A stretch of DNA of 64,000 bases. Source: Macrostomum lignano (taxonomy: Eukaryota). Every line of letters starts with the position of its first letter. Position 1 is the stretch's first letter. Positions 1 through 11,900 of the stretch are shown here, in pieces. The notes beneath the pieces are model-generated. The model saw nothing but the letters and a program-made list of their open reading frames with translations. It was not told the origin of the DNA and searched no databases. The DNA is taken from the NCBI GenBank assembly GCA_002269645.1, contig NIVC01000010.1, positions 372,001 to 436,000 of the forward strand, written 5' to 3'. Made by a program: the position numbers and the translations under genes.

Positions 1-1045
1 GTCTGAGCCTAACAGGCACGGTGTAGCTATCAACGGGATGTCGAATGTGAAAACAATCCTCCTGTTCAGCTTCGCTTGCATCTACAAAGCTTGTGGTCCC
101 TGGCCACACTGCAGTTCGCCTAAATTGACCAGATGCTGATGGAATTTTGAACGATTTTCGGCCTTTGCCAAAACCAGTTGATTTCGTTTTGCAAACTGTT
201 GCGAAGTAGTTTTGCATGCCACATTTGTTGCACGTTTTTCCTTTCGCAGGACACCCTCCATTGGAGCCATGCATTGTGCCACATCTGCCACACTTGGAGC
301 TTGTAGAGTGGGAGCCTCTGGTCACCGATGCTGAAATTTTCATTACTTCAGAAGACTGCGGCTGACTGGTGCAACCCTTTAGTATTTGCGTTTGTGATAG
401 GTTCTGGTGCGCCTCAGCGATGTTGATAGCTGTCTCAAACGTGAGAGTGCTGAAGTCCTGTTCCAATAACTTGCTGATGGCCACCTTGTCATTCAAACCG
501 AATACGAGCTGATCTCTCAGTCTCTCATCTCTGGATAGGCCAAACTGACACTTGTCTGCTTGCATGCAGAGTTGCTGTGCATACTCACAAATGCTCATTG
601 ATGCCGTGCGAGTGATATGCTGGAAATTGAATCTCTTAGCCATGACGAACGTCTTTGGTTCCAGGATGCTAGCCAGTAGTTTGGTCAGTTCATCGAAGCT
701 CTTTTCTCCCGGCTTCTTGGGAGCGGCTCGATCTACCAATGCGTCGTACAGCTTGGTGCTGAGCTTCATCAGCAGCAGCTTGTTTTTCGTGTCGTCCTGC
801 CAGCCGTTGAGTTCGCTGCACAATGTGAATCGGTCCAACCACCTCTGGAAGTTCGAACTTTCATCGAGTTTTTCGATGTCAACTTGCTGTCCTCTCGATA
901 CTTGTGCGCTTGGGTTCTGCACTGTCGCTGTTGCCGACTTTGTCGCTTGGACTGATTTCGACGAGATCGCAAGCGGTGGTGCTTTGTTGCTCAAAACCGT
1001 TTTACCAACTCCTTTAGTTGGCGATGCTGGCGTACTTCCAGGCAT
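1..1045 (-). mobile_element. Gypsy/Ty3 LTR retrotransposon gag(-pol) ORF, runs off the window start
   Basis: Hand translation from ATG at 1045 is open to base 1: MPGSTPASP...IEKLDESSNFQRWLDRF...ERLRDQLVFGLND...KCGRCGTMH...CPAKGKTCNKCGMQNYFATVC. It aligns with the gag at 45673 (IEKLEDGKMFERWLDRF, ERLRDQFICGLND, CPAKGKTCRKCG). It is absent from the ORF track because no stop falls in the window. Confidence 0.9.
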
Positions 1046-1073
1046 TTTTGTAGCCTATGCTTGCCGACGCCAC

Positions 1074-1198
1074 TGTTGTGCTTTTGGCTTTTAGCCTTTA
1101 GCAATTGTCAGTCTAGCGGTCTGCTAACCTCTGACGCGTCTATTATTTATTTCATAACTCAATAGCATGGTTCAATTCATCAACGCAGTCGTGTAACA
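1074..1198 (-). mobile_element. Probable 5' LTR (~125 bp) of the Gypsy element, followed by PBS
   Basis: On the - strand it starts TGTTAC, ends CACAACA and contains AATAAA. It is followed after 1 nt by TGGCGTCG, the same PBS start as at 45654. The partner LTR lies outside the window. Confidence 0.65.
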
Positions 1199-2029
1199 AA
1201 AATGTCTATGGCAAAGCCATCAACCCACAACACTTTTACCTTTTAGTTTCTATATGTATATGTCAAAAATCCTGTTGTTACGACCATAAGTGTCATTTAA
1301 GGTTTAATAGCATCTATACTAATGATGATATCTATATGAAACTCTATAAATATATTCTAGACAAAATAATCTTTCATGTAAAATATTGGTTTAGTATATT
1401 CTATTATTAGATTTCATTTTATAAGTAAAAATAGCCTGTCATGTTACAACCGTGCTTATACGGAATGAGCCAATTCAGTAACTCTGAGGTACCAATATTA
1501 TAAAAATATTATCAATTATATAGTGGCTAATGTTTTTATCTGATTATGCAAGTATTATAATTTTATCTATAGTTTGTTTCAACCTTCCAAAACTTTTCAT
1601 TTGTTTTTAAAAGGTACACAAAGTTAATGATGTCTTCTGCTTAGAAAAATGTCCAAATTTTTACAAAAAAAACTTTTTGCCAATTGATAACATAGGCCTA
1701 CTAATACAACATTTTACCATTCATTTATTCTTAGATGGTATATATTACACATTTAAAACATTTGGCAAAAAATTGGCTGATAAGGCAATGGCAGGCAAAA
1801 ATTTTGACTTTTTCTATTTTCCAAATATGTCCATCTTATCTGGAATGAGCCTTTGGCTTTTCTGAGTCTTTAAGTTAGGGCTAAAAGCTGGAGCAAGAGG
1901 GTACTATTGCTATCTACACCCTAGGAGATCAATGTATATGTAAGAATAAAGAATGTACAGTGGGTAAGGGTATGCATATTAGCTTGTGCTCCCTTCCTCA
2001 AGCAACAAGCCTTCTTTCCTTTATATATA

Positions 2030-3331
2030 CCCGCCTGGCTGTCGTAATCCGGTTTTCATCCGGCCTCGTCCGGTTTAACCCATTTTAGGGGGGTGTTTCC
2101 GGACCAAAAAGATGTTGATCTGGTTTTGATCCGGTTTTTGTTTCCGGACCAAAAACCGGGCCAAAATCCGGAGTAAAGCCGGATGAAAGAGTTCTCTTTG
2201 TGACTCTTTTCATCCGGTTGACTCGTCAATTAAACTCGAACAATCAGCCAGATCGAAAACCGGATGAAAACCGAAAGAAAGCATATTTTGGTCCAGAATT
2301 TCGTCCGGTTTTACATCCATCCATTGACCCGCCGAAAGCCGGATAAAGACCGATGCACGAAACAGAAGAAGTCCGGATGAAATACCGAGTTCGGAAAGGG
2401 GACTTGGATTTTTTATGAGTATGTAATTTGCAAGACCGCGTTGAGTTGTTATTAGGTAAAGAAATATGTAATGAGTGACCAGTGTGACCACTGCTGTGTT
2501 ATTTGTGTTTTTCTGTGCTTTTTTACTTCAAGTAAAATAGCTGTGTTATTGTGTTGTTTTAAGAAGTCATCCCTTTTCTGTGTTAAACTTAAATAAACAG
2601 CCCAATTTAGCTGGAAGTTTTTCTTCTGTGAAATTTCTAGTTTTTCTGCCTGGTACTAATTTGTAGCTGCCCAAAAGACAGTGTGTCGTCTCATTCTCCA
2701 TTCCTCCTAATTTGTCCACCCAATGTGAGGTTTTGCCATTCTATTTTTGACTCAAGCATGTCTTGTGTATTTGCATTTTTAGCGACACGCAACTTTAACA
2801 ATTATCTTTGGTTTCAATATATTCAGCTTCCACTACTCTATCCAGCACAGTGAATTAGAGGTTGGCCACCCTCTGTGCAAGTGCAATATACCTTGCTTTC
2901 TTTGAGGTGTTTCCAGCAATTTGTTTTCTTACGTTTTCAAAAGATTTCGTCTTGTTGTCAACCTTACTTAGTTCTTTAACATGTCATCTGCTTTACCATC
3001 CGGTAGACATGTGCATACATTTGATCTGGCATTCATCCGGAATTTCGTCCGGTTTCTCATCCGGTGGAGGCGTGCATACAATTCGTCCAGATTCACTCCG
3101 GAATTTGCTCCGCCCTGTTCTCCGCGGCTTTCCGGATAGCTTCCCGGATGAATTTCCGGACTAATGTTGGTTGAACACCTGGATGAAAGGTCAAATATGC
3201 ATGTTTTCATCCGGTTTGTAAACTTTTCATCCGGCTCTCATCCGGTTTTTAAATGGGACATTTGTATTACGTACCGGATGAAATTCCGGACGTCGCTCCA
3301 GATGAAAACCGGATTACGACAGCCAGGCGGG
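2030..3331. mobile_element. Non-autonomous TIR DNA transposon with subterminal ATCCGG/CCGGAT repeats (CMC/EnSpm-like)
   Basis: CCCGCCTGGCTGTCGTAATCCGGTTTTCATC at 2030 is the exact reverse complement of GATGAAAACCGGATTACGACAGCCAGGCGGG ending at 3331. Both ends have dense CCGGAT motifs. No clear TSD and no transposase ORF. Confidence 0.75.
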
Positions 3332-3724
3332 ATCTGCCCCCTATCACCATTTGGTTAATATCATTTTCATATTGTCTGTTTGGCAAAGCCACTCTCATTC
3401 CCTTCAAGTTTTACTTTTGTCTGTCCTATCTCTCTGCAGGCATTCGTATAGTCCAGAGCACACTGCTCCCTTGTTTTGTTTACCAAAATATGCTTAAGCC
3501 TTAAGGGAAATCAAAAAGAATAAAGTTGCAACAGTGTTTGCGCTTTTCTGATTCCTTAGAGAGAATCCACATTCTCTTGACAACTGTGCATGAGCCACTT
3601 CAGGTTGTAGGCCCCATCACCCTCAATGAGGTGTGGGCCTAATGCTTTTAGTGCAGGGGTTGGCAACCTTTTTACCTTCACAGCTCAGTTTAAAAATTTA
3701 GCAATCTAGTGCATTACTATGGGC

Positions 3725-4035
3725 CAGAGGAGGGAGAGAGGAGAAAAAATAGAGAAGAGAAATAAGAGAAAAGAGAGGCAAATGAATAAAGGAGAAGAGA
3801 GAGTAGACAAGATGAGAGATGAAATAGGATTGAGAAGACACAAAATAGAAAAGGAGAGATAAAATAGAAGACAGAAGAGGGAAGGGAGAAGAAAACGGAG
3901 AGGAAAAGGGAGATAAAAGGAGAGAAGAAAGGTGAGGAGATGAGAGAAGAGAGATAAGTAGATAAGAGGAAAGGAGAGAGAGGACAGGAGAGGACTTAAG
4001 AAGAGAGAGGCAAGACAAGAGATCCAAGAAGAGAG
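3725..4035. repeat. GA-rich low-complexity tract
   Basis: Almost pure purine on the + strand; source of spurious L/S/F-rich ORFs. Confidence 0.9.
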
Positions 4036-5945
4036 ACACAAACATTGAGTGGGCCAGATTGCTGTTGTGAAGATTCAAAGGATCCGAGGGCTAGATTGAA
4101 AGGCTTTGCGGGCCGTATGTGATCTATGGGCCTGAGTTTGCTGACTCTTGTTTTAGTGTTTAGCCCTTTTACTTTACTCTAATTGACATTAAAAATCTGG
4201 AAAATTAACTGATTGGTCTTGCCCTTGCAATTTTCATTCATTTAGGATATTTACTAAATAAATTGATAGTGCAGTTTGAATCTGTTGAAAATTTGAACAT
4301 TTTAAGACTTTTGGCCACTTCCAATTACACACAGAATTGAATATTGGCCTAGTTGTCACAATGTCACAAACTGACATAACAGCAGGAGTTTGGGTGCCCT
4401 TAGATTCCAAAAACATATGTGCAATGCTCCCTCCTACCAATAGCCCCCCACTTTGAAATATGTTCTAACACTGCTATGACTATTGGTGACTACAATATTA
4501 TTAAATCTGCTCAATATTATATAATAATTGTTTTTACTTCTATTATCATCATTGTACATATTTAACAAATAAAAATATTATTGATAGATAGAACAGTGTT
4601 GATAGGCCTAATAGATGCTAATTAAGCTTAATCTTGAATCTCAATTGAATCTTAATTATCTTAAAATTATAGATCTTGAGTTAAAAAAATCTCAAATATG
4701 ATATTGGCTAACCCTATAATTCCTTAATTAATATTTATCTCTATTTTTCTCTTCATTTATGAGCTACAAAATCAATATTCAACTATTGACTTGTTCCAAA
4801 TCTTTATCCTATATCAAAGCAACTATTCAAATATTGGATTACCAAATTTCTGATTCCAAATCTTCCAAATAATCTTTCCATCTCTTGCCCCATCTTATTA
4901 AAGTACCCTAGCTACACTACTTGATGTGTCAAGTATATTAGTCTAATATCTAATAGCTTATTTAATTTTAGTATAATAACATGTTTATATGTGTAAATAT
5001 CTATATAAAATTTTAGTATCAATTTTATTTTTATTTAGCTAGATAGTTAAATGCAATATATATTTATATACAAGTTAAGAACATAGATTATATGTAAACA
5101 TTATATAAAGTATTGATTTGATATATTTTAAGTATTTTTTGTATGTCATTTATAAAAAAGCAGATGACAAATTAGTAAAATGGCAAAAAATCTTATCAGC
5201 CTTCAGTTTTTAACAAATTTATATAAAAAACTATAAATTCAACTTAACCTCTAGCCTCTTTGGCCTATAGGTTTGCCTTATTAAATGTACCATACTGTCT
5301 TAGATATACTAGCCCCTTAGACTAGCTATGACTTATAGTATGATGTTAGAGCCAGGGTCAGGAATTGAAACTTTAGTTTTAAGTAATTAATATGGTATCT
5401 TTTGCTAACTTTTTTGAATATAAAATATAAAACTAAATGTAATGACTTCCACATTTACCTTGTTCATTAATTTTTAACTTTTAATTTTCTTTTATTTATC
5501 TATCTATTGTCAAGACTGATAATAAATACAATTATATATTGGTAAATCCAAGGAGTGAAATCGTTTGGGTGACTTTCCCAAAGAAAATTTAGGGGGGTCA
5601 TACCTGCCTAGGAAAAAAAAATATATATTTGATATTTTTAGTTATTCTAGTTAATTGTCAAGCCTGGTACAATGTTTTCAATATTTGTAAGCCATAATAA
5701 AAATGAAAATAAAAAAGAATAATAACAGAGCATATTAATATACATGGCCAGGGGTGGAGCATCCAATTGCACATTTGAGGGCAAGTTCATAAATGTGCTT
5801 CTTGCTGGCTGTCTGGCTAGGAACCACTGGTTTAGCTGCGTACTAACCGCGACCAATTCCGCTTAACTTGCAGCGGAGCATTAGCCTATTGAGCATAAAT
5901 ATTTAACCAATCTTAGCAATATTTCCCGCACTAATCCCTTCTCAG

Positions 5946-8900
5946 GCAGAGCTGCGGGCCAGCATATTCCTCGCACTTGAGGATCAGGACAAGTTCCTGT
6001 CCAGCCAAAGTTCCCCTAAGCGCCAAGAATTGAAGGACTTTCTGCAAACCGGCGAGGGTCGGCAGGTGTTCGGCCTAGTCAGAGATCTGTTAGAATATTT
6101 TCAATTGGATTACACTTTGGCAGTGCTCAAGCCTGAAACTGGATTGCTCGACCAGTCAACGTGGAACAGTTTGGAAGCGCCGGGATTCGCCCGATCCAAG
6201 TCTAGCAGCAGGCCCTACCTAGCCAGTGTGCTGGCTTTGGCTGCCAGCGCCTCGGCCGGTGGCCCGTCTGCCTCATCAGCGGCTGCTCTTGATGCCAAAT
6301 CTAGCGGCTCCAATGCAAGCGCTGGGGTGAGCTTGGCTCCTGTCTCTGTCAGTCCGCCTCCTCTAGCACTGTGCTGCCCGAGTTAATCTGCTGTCTTTAT
6401 CAGCCTGCTGCCCGAGTTAATCCGCTGTCTTTATCACCCTGCTGCTCTTGTTAATCTGTTGTCTTTATCACCCTGCTGCTCTTGTTAATCCGCTGTCTTT
6501 ATCACCCTGCTGCCCGAGTTAATCCGCTGTCTTTATCACCCTGCTGCCCGAGTTAATCTGCTGTCTTTATCGCCCTGCTGCCCGAGTTAATCCGCTGTCT
6601 TTATCACCCTGCTGCTCGAGTTAATCCGCTGTCTTTATCACCCTGCTGCCCGAGTTAATCCGCTGTCTTTATCACCCTGCTGCCCGAGTTAATCCGCTGT
6701 CTTTATCAGCCTGCTGCTCTTGTTAATCTGCTGTCTTTATCAGCCTGCTGCCCGAGTTAATCCGCTGTCTTTATCACCCTGCTGCCCGAGTTAATCCGCT
6801 GTCTTTATCACCCTGCTGCCCGAGTTAATCTGCTGTCTTTATCGCCCTGCTGCCCGAGTTAATCTGCTGTCTTTATCACCCTGCTGCCCGAGTTAATCCG
6901 CTGTCTTTATCACCCTGCTGCCCGAGTTAATCCGCTGTCTTTATCACCCTGCTGCTCTTGTTAATCTGCTGTCTTTATCACCCTGCTGCTCTTGTTAATC
7001 TGCTGTCTTTATCAGCCTGCTGCCCGAGTTAATCTGCTGTCTTTATCGCCCTGCTGCCCGAGTTAATCCGCTGTCTTTATCACCCTGCTGCCCGAGTTAA
7101 TCCGCTGTCTTTATCACCCTGCTGCTCTTGTTAATCTGCTGTCTTTATCAGCCTGCTGCCCGAGTTAATCTGCTGTCTTTATCACCCTGCTGCCCGAGTT
7201 AATCCGCTGTCTTTATCACCCTGCTGCCCGAGTTAATCCGCTGTCTTTATCAGCCTGCTGGCCCCGTTAATCCGCTGTATTTATCAGCCTACTGGCCCCG
7301 TTAATCCGCTGTCTTTATCGCCCTGCTGCCCGAGTTAATCCGCTTTCTTTATCAGCCTGCTGGCCCCGTTAATCCACTGTCTTTGGAAGTATAAGAATTT
7401 TCCAATTTTAAGAACGCGACCTCGGGAAGCTGCTGTGATGCATATTCTCGCATTCAATTGTATCTCCTTAACCAAAGTCCCAGCGGCAGCCGCGCGGTCA
7501 CCAACAGCAGTCTCAAAAGCAGCAACTAGTTTATGGCAAGCTTCGCCTACCTTCAAAGACTCGTAGCCCCAGCAACAATGGCGGCAACCTAGTAGCCGAC
7601 GCAAAGTCCAGGGTTGTATTGTTTGTACATTTTACATCAAGTGTTTTATCAACAAACAACTCCGTCGCTTGTTTACTGTTTATTCGTTTATTAGTTGATG
7701 ATGCTTGGTTTCAGTTATAAAACTGTTTTTTGAGTTGTTCGACTAATTTGTTTCATACAAATTCTAATTTTGATACCAAAACATCTGATTTTTTGCAGCG
7801 TCATTACGACGACGATCTATTGCCAATGTCAGCTAGCGTTGCTAGGGGCAGCTACGCCGGAGCCGCTTCCGGTAACAGCAACAACAATAACAGTTCCTCT
7901 CTTGGGTAAGTCGTGTCTTTTTAAATGCAGTTTATCAAGTATTTTATGAGCAGACAGACTCAAGGATACTGAGGGAGTGGAGAGGCAGATTCAAGGATAC
8001 TGAGGGAGCGGAGAGGCAGATTCAAGGACACTGAGGGAGCGGAGAGGCAGATTCAAGGACACTGAGGGAGCAGAGAGGCAGACTCAAGGATACTAAGGGA
8101 GCGGAGAGGCAGATTCAAGGACACTGAGGGAGCGGAGAGGCAGATTCAAGGACACTGAGGGAGCGGAGAGGCAGATTCAAGGACACTGAGGGAGCGGAGA
8201 GGCAGATTCAAGGATACTGAGGGAGCGGAGAGGCAGATTCAAGGATACTGAGGGAGTGGAGAGGCAGATTCAAGGATACTGAGGGAGCGGAGAGGCAGAT
8301 TCAAGGATACTGAGGGAGCGGAGAGGCAGATTCAAGGACACTGAGGGAGCGGAGAGGCAGACTCAAAGATACTAAGGGAGCGGAGAGGCAGATTCAAGGA
8401 TACTGAGGGAGCGGAGAGGCAGATTCAAGGACACTGAGGGAGCGGAGAGGCAGACTCAAAGATACTAAGGGAGCGGAGAGGCAGACTCAAAGATACTAAG
8501 GGAGCGGAGAGGCAGATTCAAGGATACTGAGGGAGCGGAGAGGCAGATTCAAGGACACTGAGGGAGCGGAGAGGCAGATTCAAGGATACTGAGGGAGCGG
8601 AGAGGCAGATTCAAGGACACTGAGGGAGCGGAGAGGCAGATTTAAGGATACTGAGGGAGTTGAGAGGCAGATTCAAGGACACTGAGGGAGCGGAGAGGCA
8701 GATTTAAGGATACTGAGGGAGTTGAGAGGCAGATTCAAGGACACTGAGGGAGCGGAGAGGCAGATTTAAGGATACTGAGGGAGTTGAGAGGCAGATTCAA
8801 GGACACTGAGGGAGCGGAGAGGCAGATTTAAGGATACTGAGGGAGTTGAGAGGCAGATTCAAGGACACTGAGGGAGCGGAGAGGCAGATTCAAGGATACT

Positions 8901-11900
8901 GAGGGAGCGGAGAGGCAGATTCAAGGATACTGAGGGAGTGGAGAGGCAGATTCAAGGATACTGAGGGAGCGGAGAGGCAGATTCAAGGATACTGAGGGAG
9001 CGGAGAGGCAGATTCAAGGACACTGAGGGAGCGGAGAGGCAGACTCAAAGATACTAAGGGAGCGGAGAGGCAGATTCAAGGATACTGAGGGAGCGGAGAG
9101 GCAGATTCAAGGACACTGAGGGAGCGGAGAGGCAGACTCAAAGATACTAAGGGAGCGGAGAGGCAGACTCAAAGATACTAAGGGAGCGGAGAGGCAGATT
9201 CAAGGACACTGAGGGAGCGGAGAGGCAGATTCAAGGATACTGAGGGAGCGGAGAGGCAGATTCAAGGACACTGAGGGAGCGGAGAGGCAGATTTAAGGAT
9301 ACTGAGGGAGTTGAGAGGCAGATTCAAGGACACTGAGGGAGCGGAGAGGCAGATTTAAGGATACTGAGGGAGTTGAGAGGCAGATTCAAGGACACTGAGG
9401 GAGCGGAGAGGCAGATTTAAGGATACTGAGGGAGTTGAGAGGCAGATTCAAGGACACTGAGGGAGCGGAGAGGCAGATTTAAGGATACTGAGGGAGTTGA
9501 GAGGCAGATTCAAGGACACTGAGGGAGCGGAGAGGCAGATTTAAGGATACTGAGGGAGTTGAGAGGCAGATTCAAGGACACTGAGGGAGCGGAGAGGCAG
9601 ATTCAAGGACACTGAGGGAGCGGAAAGGCCAATTCTCAAGGACACTGAGGAAGCGGAGGGAACTGAAGAGACAGGCTCAAGTTAATCATAAATTACTTCA
9701 GTTTGTACTCGTAGATGTCATTGTACTGATTAAAGAACTAACAGGACATCTCTCTGTCTCCTAAATAGTTTGTCAAAAATTCCAGTAAGCTCTCGAACCA
9801 ACGGGTGAGTGAGTGTGCTGTCCGTAGGACTACTGAGTATGCACTACGTATTTTGGCGCATATATTTATGTAGTAAATTGTTTATATCAGGGGTCTGCCA
9901 AATTTTCATCTAGATCAAGAATCCAGCTCATGGCTGCCAGCCTGATGAGAGTCGAGAAGAGAGCGTATGGAAAATGAAAGATGAGAAAAGAGAAGACAAG
10001 CGAGAGATACGACGAGTGGTAATATAAAAGATAAAGGGAGAGAAAAGCGTAGAGAGTAGAACTGAGAGAGAGAGACGAGAGGAGAGAGAAGAGATAGGAG
10101 AGGGAAGAGAGGAGAGAAGAAACACGAGATAAGAGAGGGGAGAAAGGAGAGGAGGGAAAAGAGAGAGGTGAGAGGAGAGAGGAGATAGGAGAGGGGAGAA
10201 AGGAGAGGAGGGAAAAGAGAGAGGAGAGAGGAGATAGGAGAGGGGAGAAAGGAGAGGAGGGAAAAGAGAGAGGAGAGAGGAGAGAGGAGATAGGAGAGGG
10301 GAGAAAGGAGAGGAGGGAAAAGAGAGAGGAGAGAGGAGATAGGAGAGGGGAGAAAGGAGAGGAGAGAGGAGATAGGAGAGGGGATAAAGGAGAGGAGGGA
10401 AAAGAGAGAGGAGAGAGGAGAGAGGAGAGGGGAGAAAGGAGAGGAGGGAAAAGAGAGAGGAGAGAGGAGATAGGAGAGGGGATAAAGGAGAGGAGGGAGA
10501 AAAGAGAGAGGAGAGAGGAGATAGGAGAGGGGATAAAGGAGAGGAGGGAAAAGAGAGAGGAGAGAGGAGATAGGTGAGGGTAGAAAGGAGAGGAGGGAAA
10601 AGAGAGAGGAGAGAGGAGATAGGTGAGGGGATAAAGGAGAGGAGGGAAAAGAGAGAGGAGATAGGAGAGAGGAGAGAAGACACAAGAGATAGGAGAGGGG
10701 AGAATAGAGAGAGCTGAAAAGAAACCGAGTTTGAGCGGGGCGGATTGCTTTTGCGAGTCTCGAAGAGAAAGGTTAGCCGACCCCTGATTTATGTGTATTC
10801 TCAGTAGTTGTTTTGTTAGCTTTCTAACATTCTAGCGTTGCTGAGTCAATGGTATTTATTTAGCATATGCATCTTTTGTATCATCAATTAACAAAATGTC
10901 TCCAAGTCCGGCGCTTGGCGTTATGGCACATTGCAGTTGAGCACTGAACGGCGTGGAAAATGCTACAAACAATGCGATGGGGTCTCAGTCTCAGCCAGAA
11001 ATGAGATTCTGACCTCAGTAAATCTTTAGTGCGCGTCAATGCGGATTGTAAATAGGCGATTTAATACCCGAATTCCTCAGATTTGCGTTCATCTTTCAAA
11101 GCAGATAGATACCAAATATCTGGCTTGTTATTAATGCTTCCGCATAAGTCTCTCTGGCAATGGCCCATGGATAAGTTATTAGTTCGTAATCCCCCATTGG
11201 AGGCATACTGAGCTGGATAAGTCAGTGGCTTATATTGATTTTGGTAAGGCAGAGAACTCCCGTTTCATTTCCTGATTGAGTATGAGCAGCATGGAAATGA
11301 GATATGCTGAGCAGTATGTGCTCGTTCTTTTGTATTTGCCTCGCGCCTCCTTAGTCACCGAGTTCGCCTCTCAGATCTCAGTGTCCTTGAGTCTGCCTCT
11401 CAGATCTCAGTATCCTTGAGTCTGCCTCCCTGCTCCCTCAGTGTCCTTGAGTCTGCTTCTCAGATCTCAGTATCCTTGAGTCTGCCTCTCAGATCTCAGT
11501 ATCCTTGAATCTGCCTCTCCGCTCCCTCAGTATCCTTGAGTCTGCCTCTCAGATCTCAGTATCCTTGAGTCTGCCTCTCAGATCTCAGTATCCTTGAGTC
11601 TGCCTCTCAGATCTCAGTATCCTTGAATCTGCCTCTCCGCTCCCTCAGTATCCTTGAGTCTGCCTCTCAGATCTCAGTATCCTTGAGTCTGCCTCTCAGA
11701 TCTCAGTATCCTTGAGTCTGCCTCTCAGATCTCAGTATCCTTGAGTCTGCCTCTCAGATCCTCAGTATCTTTGAGTCTGCCTCTCAGATCTCAGTATCCT
11801 TGAGTCTGCCTCTCAGATCTCAGTATCCTTGAGTCTGCCTCTCAGATCTCAGTATCCTTGAGTCTGCCTCTCAGATCCTCAGTATCTTTGAGTCTGCCTC

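Noticed and set aside
552-1094. + strand 180-aa ORF, and antisense ORFs over the LINE (60515-61240, 62210-63079, 63542-63832) and Gypsy pol
   Set aside because: These are shadow frames of recognisable gag or pol ORFs on the opposite strand.
1200-5945. First coding exon of CEP43
   Set aside because: I found no frame resembling the expected ELRDL...GVL.KIK; it is probably upstream of the window or too diverged.
9700-11370. Hidden exon or nested gene in the spacer of the inverted arrays
   Set aside because: No candidate had both splice sites and a compatible phase 2-2 open frame. Short open frames (e.g. GKCYKQCDGV) are too weak to call, and the flanking exons join in frame without it.
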